DNA from: an uncultured Candidatus Entotheonella sp.
GTDB taxonomy: Bacteria > Tectomicrobia > Entotheonellia > Entotheonellales > Entotheonellaceae
Assembly (NCBI GenBank): GCA_965217185.1
Contig: OZ244252.1
Coordinates: 2,592,001 to 2,656,000 of the forward strand
Reading direction: 5' to 3'
DNA: 64,000 nucleotides
Made by a program: the position numbers and the translations under genes. This document shows, one piece after another, positions 18,173-27,200 of this stretch; position 1 is the stretch's first letter, and the number at the start of each line of letters is the position of its first letter. The notes beneath the pieces are model-generated. The model made no database searches and was not told where the DNA came from. It was given only the letters and a program-made list of their open reading frames with translations.

Positions 18173-20050
18173 ATGTTTCACCAGCAACAATTGAAAAGTT
18201 ACGTTGGCGCCGGTCGTTCTTGGCATTATGAGCCTGGGGCGGGCGGTGCGGTCCACCGGAAAAGGCGATGGCTACGCATCGGCGCGCTTCTTGCCGCTCT
18301 TGCAGCGCTGACCCTGCTCGCCTGCTCGGACGATAGGCCAGGCATCGTGTCTGACAGCCCAAGCACCATTGCAGAAGAACTCAAACAGAATGCCGAGGCG
18401 TTCGAATACGCCATTGGGGAACCCGGTGGCACCTTAACGGTTGCCACCATTTCCGAGCCGCTGACCCTGAATCTGGCTATCGCGAATGACGCCGGGTCGT
18501 CGGGCGTCCTGGGGTATCTCTTCGAGGGCCTGACCGAGACCTCTTGGCTGACTGACGAAGTCGAACCGGCGCTGGCCGAGTCCTGGACGCATTCGGAGGA
18601 CGGCCTGACCTGGATTTTCCTCTTGCGCACGGACGTGACGTGGCACGACGGAACACCTTTCACGGCGCACGACGTGGCGTTCACGTTCAATGACATTATC
18701 TACAACGAAGATATTGAAGGGGTGAATGCCCGGGCCGCGTTCAACTTCCGGTTCCTGGACGAGGAGACCGGTGTCTGGAAGACGGAAGCCATGACCGTCA
18801 CGGCACTGGATGATTATACAGTCCGGTGCGATCTGCCGGTGCTGTTCGCCCCCTTCCTCCGTTCCATGGGCACCGCGATCTATCCCAGGCACATCCTCGA
18901 GCAGCACGTGGACGACGGCACCTTTGCCGAGGTGTGGGACATCAGCACGGACCCGGCGGAGGTCATCGGCACCGGCCCCTTTACCATCGAGCGTTACGAC
19001 CCCGGTGAACGTGTGGTCTTTCAGCGCAACCCCGATTACTGGCTCAAGGACGATGCCGGCAACTCGCTGCCGTACCTGGACGAAATCGTTCGCCTCATCG
19101 TCCCCGACTTGGAGGCCGAACTCGCCAAGTTCAAGGCCGGCGAGGTCGACGTCCACGGCGTGTTGGGCGAGGAGTTCGCGGAACTCGAACCGCTGCAGGC
19201 GGAAGGGAACTTCACGATCTACAAGCGCGGCCCAGGTTTCGGATCAACGCTGCTGGCGTTCAACATGAACCCCGATGCAGGCTTAGCGGAGAAGCTGACG
19301 TGGTTCCAGAACACCCAGTTCCGCCAAGCTGTCGCGCACAGTATCGACAAGGACAGGATCATCGACGAAGTGCAGCACGGACTCGGCCACCCGCAGTGGT
19401 CCTCCGTCAGTCCGGCCGCGGGCAGCTTTCACAATCCCGACGTGCGTCGATACGAATACGACGTCGTCGAAGCCAACCGCATCCTTGATGAGCTTGGCTG
19501 GATGGATACCAACGGGGACGGAATACGCGAAGACAGCGAGGGCAACCCAATCGTTTTCTCATTGGCGACCAACACCCAAAACAGCGTGCGTGAGAAGATC
19601 GGCAGGATCATCCAGCAGGCCCTTGAGGACATCAGCGTCCAGGCGGATTACAACCTGATCGAGTTCGGAGAACTCGTCGCCCAGTTGACCACTTCCTATG
19701 ACTGGGACGCCATCCTTGTAGGTTTCAGCGGCGGCCCCGACCCCTATAGCGGTATCGTTTTCTGGCACAGCAGCGAGAACCTGCACCTGTGGTATCCGAA
19801 CCAGCTACAGCCGGCGACGGATTGGGAGGCCGAAATTGACGATCTTTACGTGATGGCCAGCCAGGAACTGGACTACGACGAGCGCGTCAAGCTCTACCAC
19901 CGCGCCCAGGAAATCGCCGCCGAGAACGTGCCGGTCATTTACACGACACTGGGAGAACGGCTGAGCGCAGTCCGAAACGTCTTCGGCAACACGACGCCCA
20001 CGCTGTACGGGCTTTGGGATAACCGCTATCTGTATCGAACGGACCAATAA
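18173..20050 (+). CDS. ABC transporter family-5 substrate-binding lipoprotein (start may be further downstream)
   Basis: Lipobox LLAC, WHDGTPFTAHDVAFT, IGTGPF, RNPDYW. Confidence 0.9.
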   Translation: MFHQQQLKSYVGAGRSWHYEPGAGGAVHRKRRWLRIGALLAALAALTLLACSDDRPGIVSDSPSTIAEELKQNAEAFEYAIGEPGGTLTVATISEPLTLNLAIANDAGSSGVLGYLFEGLTETSWLTDEVEPALAESWTHSEDGLTWIFLLRTDVTWHDGTPFTAHDVAFTFNDIIYNEDIEGVNARAAFNFRFLDEETGVWKTEAMTVTALDDYTVRCDLPVLFAPFLRSMGTAIYPRHILEQHVDDGTFAEVWDISTDPAEVIGTGPFTIERYDPGERVVFQRNPDYWLKDDAGNSLPYLDEIVRLIVPDLEAELAKFKAGEVDVHGVLGEEFAELEPLQAEGNFTIYKRGPGFGSTLLAFNMNPDAGLAEKLTWFQNTQFRQAVAHSIDKDRIIDEVQHGLGHPQWSSVSPAAGSFHNPDVRRYEYDVVEANRILDELGWMDTNGDGIREDSEGNPIVFSLATNTQNSVREKIGRIIQQALEDISVQADYNLIEFGELVAQLTTSYDWDAILVGFSGGPDPYSGIVFWHSSENLHLWYPNQLQPATDWEAEIDDLYVMASQELDYDERVKLYHRAQEIAAENVPVIYTTLGERLSAVRNVFGNTTPTLYGLWDNRYLYRTDQ

Positions 20051-20067
20051 CGACGTCCTGCCTTTCT

Positions 20068-21726
20068 CTAACCCCGGGTCAGCCACGCGAATTGCTGCGG
20101 CCGACGCTTGGATTCGGGGTTGATCGTCACGTTGATCAACGTCGTCTCGCCGCTGTCGAATGACGCCTGCAACGCTGCCCGCAATTCCTGCGGCGTTTCA
20201 GCGTGGTAACCCTTGCCCCCGAACGCCTCCATCACCTTGTCGTAGCGCGCATTGGGCACGAAGGCGTTGGGCGGATACGACGCACCCTCGGGCAGGCTGC
20301 TGGGGCCGCCGCCGATGCCGTTGTTATTGAACACGATCCAGGTGATGGGCAGCTTGTGGCGCACCGCCACCTCGACCTCCAGACCGTCGAAGCCAAACGC
20401 CGCGTCGCCTTCGAGGGCGATAACACGCTTGTCCGGGTTGGCCACCTGCGCGGCGATGGCAAAGCCCGGCCCCACGCCCATGGTGCCCCAGGTGCCCGCG
20501 TCGAGGCGCTTGCGAGGCTCGTAGTTGTCCAACACCTGACGGCTGATATCCATCGTGCTGGCGCCCTCGGTAACGATGATGGCGTCGTGCGGCAGGAGTT
20601 GTTGGATTTCCTGTAGCGGCCGGTAATAGTTCATCGGCACTTCATCCGACTCCAGCATCGGCACGGTGGCCTCCTGCTTGGCCGCTTTCTCCTTGTCGAG
20701 CGCCTGCCGCCAGGGATTGTCGGCGGCTATCTGCCAGGGACTCTCCTCGAGTTCGGCCACCATCTGCGCCATAACGACCTTGGCATCGCCCACCAAGGGG
20801 GCCTCGGAAGGAACGCTGGAGCCGATTTCTTCAGCCGCCACGTCGAGCTGCACCACCCGCAGATCCTCCCGAAAGCGCGGCGGCAGGCCGAAGTGCATGA
20901 TCCAGTTGAGGCGCGCGCCGATGGTGAACACGAGGTCGGCGTTCTGCAGGGCGTAGCTGCGCGCTGCCGCCACGCTGAGGGGATGGCCGTCGGGGACGAC
21001 CCCCTTGCCCATCGGCGACGGCAGGAAGGGCATTTGCGTCTCTTCGATAAACCGCCGCACCTGCTCCTCCGCGCCGGCCCAGGCGGCGCCCTTGCCGATA
21101 ATGGCCAGCGGCTGGCGCGCCGACTTCAGAGCCGCCACGGCCGCCTTGATGGACGCCGGGTCCACCTGCGGGGCGGGGGGGGCTTCCACCCTCTGCGGGT
21201 AGCTCAGGTCGTCTTCTTCCAAGCTGCTGGCAATCACGTCGCCCGGCAGATCGAGGTAAACCGGGCCGGGCCGACCAGAGATCGAATGGCGCACGGCAGT
21301 GGCGATGTAGCGCGGAATCAAGTCGATGCGCTCCGCCTGACCCACCCATTTGCAAAACGGCTTGGCGAGGTCCACCTGCGGGGCGGCCTGAAAATCGCCC
21401 ATGTGGTTCAGGGCCTGATTGGACGAGCCGCCAATCAGCAGCATAGGCCAGCAGTTTGCCCAGGCATTGCCGAGGGCGGAAATGGCGTTGGTCATGCCGG
21501 GGCCGGACACCACCAGGCAGACGCCGATGCGGCCCTTGAGGTACGAAATGGCCTGCGCCGCGTAGCCCGCCGCCTGTTCGTGCCGCGTGCCGATGTAGCG
21601 GATGCCTTCGCTTGCCGCCGCCGCCGCAATACCGGTGACCGGGATGCCGACCACGCCGAACAATTCATCCACGCCTTGCTGCTTCAAACAGCGGGCTACC
21701 AGCCTCGCGCCATCGATTTCAGCCAT
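20068..21726 (-). CDS. oxc: Oxalyl-CoA decarboxylase / 2-hydroxyacyl-CoA lyase (TPP enzyme)
   Basis: FGVVGIPV, RHEQAAGYAA, VSGPG, LDAGTWGTMGVG, EGDAAFGF..NNNG; AGGAG SD. Confidence 0.85.
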   Translation of the reverse strand: MAEIDGARLVARCLKQQGVDELFGVVGIPVTGIAAAAASEGIRYIGTRHEQAAGYAAQAISYLKGRIGVCLVVSGPGMTNAISALGNAWANCWPMLLIGGSSNQALNHMGDFQAAPQVDLAKPFCKWVGQAERIDLIPRYIATAVRHSISGRPGPVYLDLPGDVIASSLEEDDLSYPQRVEAPPAPQVDPASIKAAVAALKSARQPLAIIGKGAAWAGAEEQVRRFIEETQMPFLPSPMGKGVVPDGHPLSVAAARSYALQNADLVFTIGARLNWIMHFGLPPRFREDLRVVQLDVAAEEIGSSVPSEAPLVGDAKVVMAQMVAELEESPWQIAADNPWRQALDKEKAAKQEATVPMLESDEVPMNYYRPLQEIQQLLPHDAIIVTEGASTMDISRQVLDNYEPRKRLDAGTWGTMGVGPGFAIAAQVANPDKRVIALEGDAAFGFDGLEVEVAVRHKLPITWIVFNNNGIGGGPSSLPEGASYPPNAFVPNARYDKVMEAFGGKGYHAETPQELRAALQASFDSGETTLINVTINPESKRRPQQFAWLTRG

Positions 21727-21900
21727 AATGTGCTCCTGTCGGAAAATGGGAGATGCGCCTCCCCAGTCCGCGTACCGCGCGTTTCGCCGTGGTACAATTG
21801 CGCCCTTGTTGGTAAGCGGTTCTGCGGGTTTGGGGGAGTGCGTGAACCTATTGAAGGGTATCGGGTGATGGGAGAGCATCATACGTCAGCACCGGGGTGG

Positions 21901-22515
21901 ATGCAAACGCGCTCGGGACGCCTCGAACGCTGTCCGGCCGGTGAGTCGGGCGCCGTGTTGATCCTCAGCTTATTGCTCCTGATGGTGCTGACCCTGCTCG
22001 GCGTCGCCGCCCTGACCAACAGCCGCATCGAACTGCAACTTGCCGCCAATGACCGCGCTCACAAGCAGGCCCTGGCCGCCGCCGACGTTGCCCTGGCAAT
22101 CGGCGAAACAGTCATCGAGCCGTGGACGGATCCTGATGAACTCGATGAGGACGCCAGCGTTGAGGATGGCCGTTATGGCGTCGGTGAACAGCCGGCCTGG
22201 GGCTATCTGAAATGGGACGCCGCCTGCGACGGGCCGCCCGGTACCTGCAGCGGCGGCTCCGAGGCGGTTTCCGCCAGCGACTTGCCCGCCGGTATGGCCT
22301 ACGTTCTGAGCGGTCCACAGACCCTGATACCCCGATACACCATCGAGCGCCTGCCTGCCGTGCCGGACAGCTATGTGAGCGGCGTGCAGTACCACGGTCC
22401 GCGCGAGACCAACTATTTCCGCGTCTCCGCGCGCGGCGCCGGAATCACCGGCGTTTTTGGCGCCCAGCCCTCGCGGGTCATCTTGCAAAGCATCTACGCC
22501 AAGCGGTTCAATTGA
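21901..22515 (+). CDS. pilX: Type IV pilus assembly protein PilX
   Basis: ESGAVLILSLLLLMVLTLLG..N..A..AA; C-terminal PRYTIE..YFRVSARG..VILQSIY. Confidence 0.82.
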   Translation: MQTRSGRLERCPAGESGAVLILSLLLLMVLTLLGVAALTNSRIELQLAANDRAHKQALAAADVALAIGETVIEPWTDPDELDEDASVEDGRYGVGEQPAWGYLKWDAACDGPPGTCSGGSEAVSASDLPAGMAYVLSGPQTLIPRYTIERLPAVPDSYVSGVQYHGPRETNYFRVSARGAGITGVFGAQPSRVILQSIYAKRFN

Positions 22516-22529
22516 CGGTCGGATCACGT

Positions 22530-24578
22530 ATGACGCGGAATGCCTGCCTCAACCTGTGTGTCGCATTTGCTCTGGTCGCGGGCGTGTTGAGCGGTGTTGG
22601 GATGGTATTCGCCGCCGCGCTGAATTTGAGCCAGGCGCCGTTCGTCGGCCAAGTCGGTTATCGTTCCGCGGCTGGGGTAACGGTCAGCAGCCGAACCGTG
22701 CGCGCCGGCACGCGGCTGTACCAAACACTTTTCAACGCCGCCAATTGGCACGGCGACGTGGTGGCCTATGGGCTGGACGATGCCGGTGGGCTGACCCTTG
22801 CCTGGCGAGCCGGTCCCTTGCTGCAGCAGATCTTGGCGGCGCACGGCCATCAACGGCGGCAGATTCTCACCTATCACGCCACCGACAGGCGGGGCGGGGC
22901 GTTTGCATGGGACGAGTTGTCCGACGGGCAAAGGGACGCCCTGCGGGAGCCGCACGACATAGATGACCAGGCGGCCATGGACCGCCTCACTTATTTGCGC
23001 GGCGACCCGTCGAGGGAAGGTCGGCCCGACGGTTTTCGGCAACGCGGCGGCCTTTTGGGCGACTTGGTCCACTCGCGGCCGGTGTTCATTGGCGCGCCGG
23101 GGCTCCCGGACATGATCGACCCGCACACCTATCCGGCGTTTCGCAGCGCTCAAGCGGGTCGTGCACCGATGCTCGTAGTCGGCGGCAACGACGGCTTTGT
23201 CCACGTTTTCAATGCCGCCACCGGTCAGGAACTCATGGCATACGCGCCGAACGCCGTCATTCCGCACCTTATCGAATTGACCAAACCGGCGTACGCGCAC
23301 CGCTACTACGTGGACGGTTCCCCCACCGCCGCGGACGTGCGGACGGCCAGCGGCTGGCGCACCTGGGTCGTCGGCGGATTGGGCGCCGGCGGGCGCGGCA
23401 TCTACGCGCTCGACGTGACCGACCCGGCACGACTCGCCAATGCCGCGGCGTCCGGCAATCCGGCACTCATCGTTCAGTGGGAATTTACCGCTACTGATGA
23501 CGCCGACCTGGGTTTCACCTTCAGCCAACCGTCTATTGTCCGCATGCAGAATGGCCGCTGGGCAGCGGTGTTCGGCAACGGCTACAACAGCCCGAACGAC
23601 CATGCCGTTCTGTATATCGTGTTTCTCGACGGCGGCCAGGACGGCACCTGGACGCGCGGCGTCGATTATGTCCGCATACCGGCCAGTGGCGGCCTGCCCG
23701 CCCCTGCCGGCGCGGCGAATGGCCTGTCGACGCCCGCCGCCGTGGACCTCGACGGCGACTTTTCCACCGATCTGATCTACGCCGGTGATTTGCAGGGCAA
23801 CCTGTGGAAGTTCGACGTCAGCAGCCCATTCCCAGGCGATTGGGGCAGCGCATACCGCAATGGGGCGACGCCGGCACCGCTGTTTGTGTGTACCAACGCC
23901 GGCGGCCAGCGCCAAGCGATTACGACGCGTCCCGAAGTGGGACCGCATCCGATCACGGGCACCATGGTCTACGCCGGTACGGGCAAGAACCTGGAGCCGG
24001 GTGACCGCAATTCCACCGCACCGCAGACCCTCTACGGCCTGTGGGACCGGAATGCGTCGACACCGCCGGCATACGGCCGCCTCGACGGATCATTGTTGCA
24101 ACAAATGATGCAGCAGCGGGGGGACGTACGGATCATGGATAACCATGCGGTGGATTGGAACCGGCACGTCGGCTGGTTTGTCGATTTGCCCGCTGCCGGG
24201 GAGCGGCTCGTCAGCGATCCCATCCTGCGTCACCGGCGCCTTGTTTTCACCTCCTTCGTTCCAAGCCTTGGCGGCGGCTGGCTGAGCGAGTTGCACGCAC
24301 CGAGCGGCGGCCGCCTGCCGTTCACGCTGCTAGACCTGGATAACGACGGGTTATACACGGTGGAAGACCACACGACCCTAAGCCCCGACAACACCGCCCC
24401 GGCGTGCTGCACCGGGCCGCAGGCGGGCGGCTATATCGGGACGCCGGCGGTTTTGGTGAACGGCACGACGGAGGTGCAATTCGTCAGCGAGACGGCGGGA
24501 ACGGTGGCGCAGTGGGTGAAAAGCCCCGGCCCGCGGGTTGTGGGTCGTCAGTCTTGGGAGCACGTGTTGTTGCCTTAA
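22530..24578 (+). CDS. pilY1: PilY1/PilC-type pilus adhesin, C-terminal beta-propeller only
   Basis: Signal peptide; W.GD, YLRGD, LGDLVHSRP, VGGNDGFVHVF, YYVDGSP, GNGYNS, DLDGDFSTD Ca-loop, YAGDLQGNLWKFD, GRQSW. Confidence 0.88.
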   Translation: MTRNACLNLCVAFALVAGVLSGVGMVFAAALNLSQAPFVGQVGYRSAAGVTVSSRTVRAGTRLYQTLFNAANWHGDVVAYGLDDAGGLTLAWRAGPLLQQILAAHGHQRRQILTYHATDRRGGAFAWDELSDGQRDALREPHDIDDQAAMDRLTYLRGDPSREGRPDGFRQRGGLLGDLVHSRPVFIGAPGLPDMIDPHTYPAFRSAQAGRAPMLVVGGNDGFVHVFNAATGQELMAYAPNAVIPHLIELTKPAYAHRYYVDGSPTAADVRTASGWRTWVVGGLGAGGRGIYALDVTDPARLANAAASGNPALIVQWEFTATDDADLGFTFSQPSIVRMQNGRWAAVFGNGYNSPNDHAVLYIVFLDGGQDGTWTRGVDYVRIPASGGLPAPAGAANGLSTPAAVDLDGDFSTDLIYAGDLQGNLWKFDVSSPFPGDWGSAYRNGATPAPLFVCTNAGGQRQAITTRPEVGPHPITGTMVYAGTGKNLEPGDRNSTAPQTLYGLWDRNASTPPAYGRLDGSLLQQMMQQRGDVRIMDNHAVDWNRHVGWFVDLPAAGERLVSDPILRHRRLVFTSFVPSLGGGWLSELHAPSGGRLPFTLLDLDNDGLYTVEDHTTLSPDNTAPACCTGPQAGGYIGTPAVLVNGTTEVQFVSETAGTVAQWVKSPGPRVVGRQSWEHVLLP

Positions 24579-24618
24579 CGCCGCCGACCCCGGCGGCCCC
24601 TATATGGGAGTGGCTGTC

Positions 24619-25278
24619 ATGTGGCCACGACGCAACCGGGAAAACGCCGAGCGGACCGCTCGCCTGGACATGGTGCGGAACCAGCTCGAACGGCGCGGCA
24701 TCATGGACGAGCGCGTTTTGCAAGCCATGCGCGAGGTGCCCCGGCATGTCTTTGCGCCGGCCAAGCGGCGTCACGAGGCGTATGGCGACCATCCTATTCC
24801 CATCGGCGAGATGCAGACGATCTCCCAGCCCTACATGGTCGCCGTGATGATCGAGCATCTGCGGTTGCGAGGCGGCGAGCGCGTCCTCGAAATCGGCACC
24901 GGTTCGGGTTATCAAGCCGCAGTGCTCAGCCGACTGGCAGCCGAGGTTTACACGGTGGAGTGCTTCCCTTCCCTGGCCGCCGATGCCCGTCTCGTTTTGC
25001 AACGGCTCGGCTGCCCTAGTGTACGGGTCATGGACGCCGACGGCTGCCAAGGGCTGGCGGATCAGGCGCCTTATAACGGTATCATCGTGGCAGCAGCAGC
25101 GGCGTTCATCCCGCCACCGTTGCGGGCGCAATTGGCGGACGGCGGGCGGCTGGTCATGCCGGTCGGCGGCCCCGAGGGGCAGCGGCTGGTCATCGTGACC
25201 CGGCAGGCGGGTACGTTCATAGAGGAAAAGGCGGTGACGTGCCGCTTCGTGCCTTTGCTGGGGGCTGATGTTCAATAA
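24619..25278 (+). CDS. pcm: Protein-L-isoaspartate O-methyltransferase
   Basis: VPRHVF, QTISQPYMVA, VLEIGTGSGYQAAVL, RFVPL. Confidence 0.95.
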   Translation: MWPRRNRENAERTARLDMVRNQLERRGIMDERVLQAMREVPRHVFAPAKRRHEAYGDHPIPIGEMQTISQPYMVAVMIEHLRLRGGERVLEIGTGSGYQAAVLSRLAAEVYTVECFPSLAADARLVLQRLGCPSVRVMDADGCQGLADQAPYNGIIVAAAAAFIPPPLRAQLADGGRLVMPVGGPEGQRLVIVTRQAGTFIEEKAVTCRFVPLLGADVQ

Positions 25279-25370
25279 CAAGCACGGGCTTGTTCTGTTA
25301 ATGGCGTTCTGCAAAAAAATGTGCGACTCTGACCGCTCGGCACAGGCCGTTGATTTTGTTGGGGAGAATT

Positions 25371-25631
25371 ATGGGTGAATCCGCCAATATCCTGATTCCA
25401 ATGATAGCGGTAGGTATTGCCTTGGGCGGGCTGATCTTGACGAGCAGCCGCGGGCTACGCCAGGAAATGACGCAGATGGAGACACGGCTGCGTCAGGAAA
25501 TGGGCCATCTACGGGAGGACATGACTCGGCTGGATGAACGTGTCGCGCGGCTGGAACATGGTCAGGCCCGGCTCGAAGGGTTGCTGGAAGGACTGCGCGA
25601 GGCCATCACCGGGCGAACAGCGACCAGCTAG
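25371..25631 (+). CDS. Small TM + coiled-coil hypothetical protein
   Basis: GGGGAG SD; one TM helix followed by LRQEM repeats and heptads. Confidence 0.7.
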   Translation: MGESANILIPMIAVGIALGGLILTSSRGLRQEMTQMETRLRQEMGHLREDMTRLDERVARLEHGQARLEGLLEGLREAITGRTATS

Positions 25632-25658
25632 AAATTTTGTATCCGAAGGATCCGCTTG

Positions 25659-27200
25659 ATGAACGAAGTTGTGGCACAGCACTGGGCCGACCAGGTAGCC
25701 CGCGAGCTTTTGGCGAACCAGTCACGGCATTTGCTGAGCACGGGTATTACGCCGTCGGGGGAGTATCACGTCGGGCACTTGCGGGAGGTGCTGACCGCTG
25801 AAGGGGTGCGCTGCGCCTTGCGGGAGCAGGGGGCGGACTGCCAGTTGAACTACGTGGCCGACACCATGGACCCGCTGCGGCGGGTTTATGACTTTCTCGA
25901 CCCTGAGCGCTACAAGCCGCACGTGGGCAAGCCGTTGTGCGACATTCCATGCCCGTGTGATGAGCACGCCAGTTACGCCGAGCACTTCCTGCAGCCCTTC
26001 CTGCAGGCGATGCAGACGCTGGGGGTCGACCTGGAGGTGCATCAGGCACACGAGTTGTACCGCGGCGGCCACCTCGACGACCAGATCATCACGGCCCTGG
26101 AAAGCACTGAGGCGATCAAGGCCATCCTGCACGAGGTAACCGGTAAAGCGATGGCGGACGACTGGTCCCCGTACAATCCCGTTTGCGAGGCGTGCGGCCG
26201 CTTGGCAGACACGCGGGTAACGGATTTCAATGCCGCCGCCCGAACCGTATCGTACGCCTGCGACTGCGGTCACGACACCACGGCGCCAGTGTCCCAGGCG
26301 GGCAAGCTCACTTGGCGGGTGGACTGGCCGGCGCGCTGGCAAGCCCTGGGGGTCACCGCGGAGCCTTTCGGCAAGGACCACGCCTCGCGCGGCGGTTCGT
26401 ATGACACCGGCAAACGCATCATGCGCGAGGTGTTCGACGGTGAACCACCACACCCCATTCCCTACGAATGGATCGGCCTGAAGGGCCAGGGGGACATGTC
26501 GTCCAGCAAGGGCAACCTCGTCAGCATCGTCAACGTGACGCAAGCCATCCCGCCGGACGTGGTGCGCTACCTGATCTTTCGCGTCAAGCCGATGCGGCGC
26601 ATTGCCTTCGATCCCGGCCTGCCGCTGCTCAACCTGATGGACGAGTACGAAAACCTCTCCGGCAACAACCGCGACGCCCGCGCCGCCGACCTGGCCAGTA
26701 TCACCGAGATGGATTCCATCGGCGTGCCCTTCCGGCACTTGGTCAATCTCGTGCAGATCACCGATGGCGACGTGGGCAAAATTCAGGCCATTCTGAAACG
26801 CCACAACCTGCCGGTGTCTGACGCGGCAACCCTGCAAAAGCGGGTGGATTTCGCCGCCTACTGGGTGGAACGTTTCAGTCCGCCGGACAGCCGCTTACGC
26901 TTGCAGCCGACCTTGCCCGAACGCGCCGCCGACTTAACCCCGCCGCAGCGTCAGGCCCTGGCGCTTCTGGACCGGCGGCTGCAGCCCGACATGGACGGCG
27001 ACGCCATTCATACTTTGGTTTATGCTCTGGCGGAGGAGTCGGGATTGGCCGCCAAGGACGTCTTCGAGGCGGTCTACGTCGCGTTCCTGGACCGCACCCG
27101 AGGCCCGCGGGCGGGCTGGTTCCTGCGCTCACTGGAGCCCGACTTTGTGCACGCCCGATTGCGGGAGGCTGCCGGCCAGGGTGAGGAAGCGCAGTGTTGA
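25659..27200 (+). CDS. lysS: Lysine--tRNA ligase, class I
   Basis: HWAD, GITPSGEYHVGH (HIGH), WRVDWPARW, EPFGKDH, MSSSKGN (KMSKS), RGPRAG. Confidence 0.95.
   Translation: MNEVVAQHWADQVARELLANQSRHLLSTGITPSGEYHVGHLREVLTAEGVRCALREQGADCQLNYVADTMDPLRRVYDFLDPERYKPHVGKPLCDIPCPCDEHASYAEHFLQPFLQAMQTLGVDLEVHQAHELYRGGHLDDQIITALESTEAIKAILHEVTGKAMADDWSPYNPVCEACGRLADTRVTDFNAAARTVSYACDCGHDTTAPVSQAGKLTWRVDWPARWQALGVTAEPFGKDHASRGGSYDTGKRIMREVFDGEPPHPIPYEWIGLKGQGDMSSSKGNLVSIVNVTQAIPPDVVRYLIFRVKPMRRIAFDPGLPLLNLMDEYENLSGNNRDARAADLASITEMDSIGVPFRHLVNLVQITDGDVGKIQAILKRHNLPVSDAATLQKRVDFAAYWVERFSPPDSRLRLQPTLPERAADLTPPQRQALALLDRRLQPDMDGDAIHTLVYALAEESGLAAKDVFEAVYVAFLDRTRGPRAGWFLRSLEPDFVHARLREAAGQGEEAQC

Noticed and set aside
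20893..22515. 540-aa ORF as a PilX fusion
   Set aside because: The N-terminal part is antisense to oxc; the real gene starts near 21901
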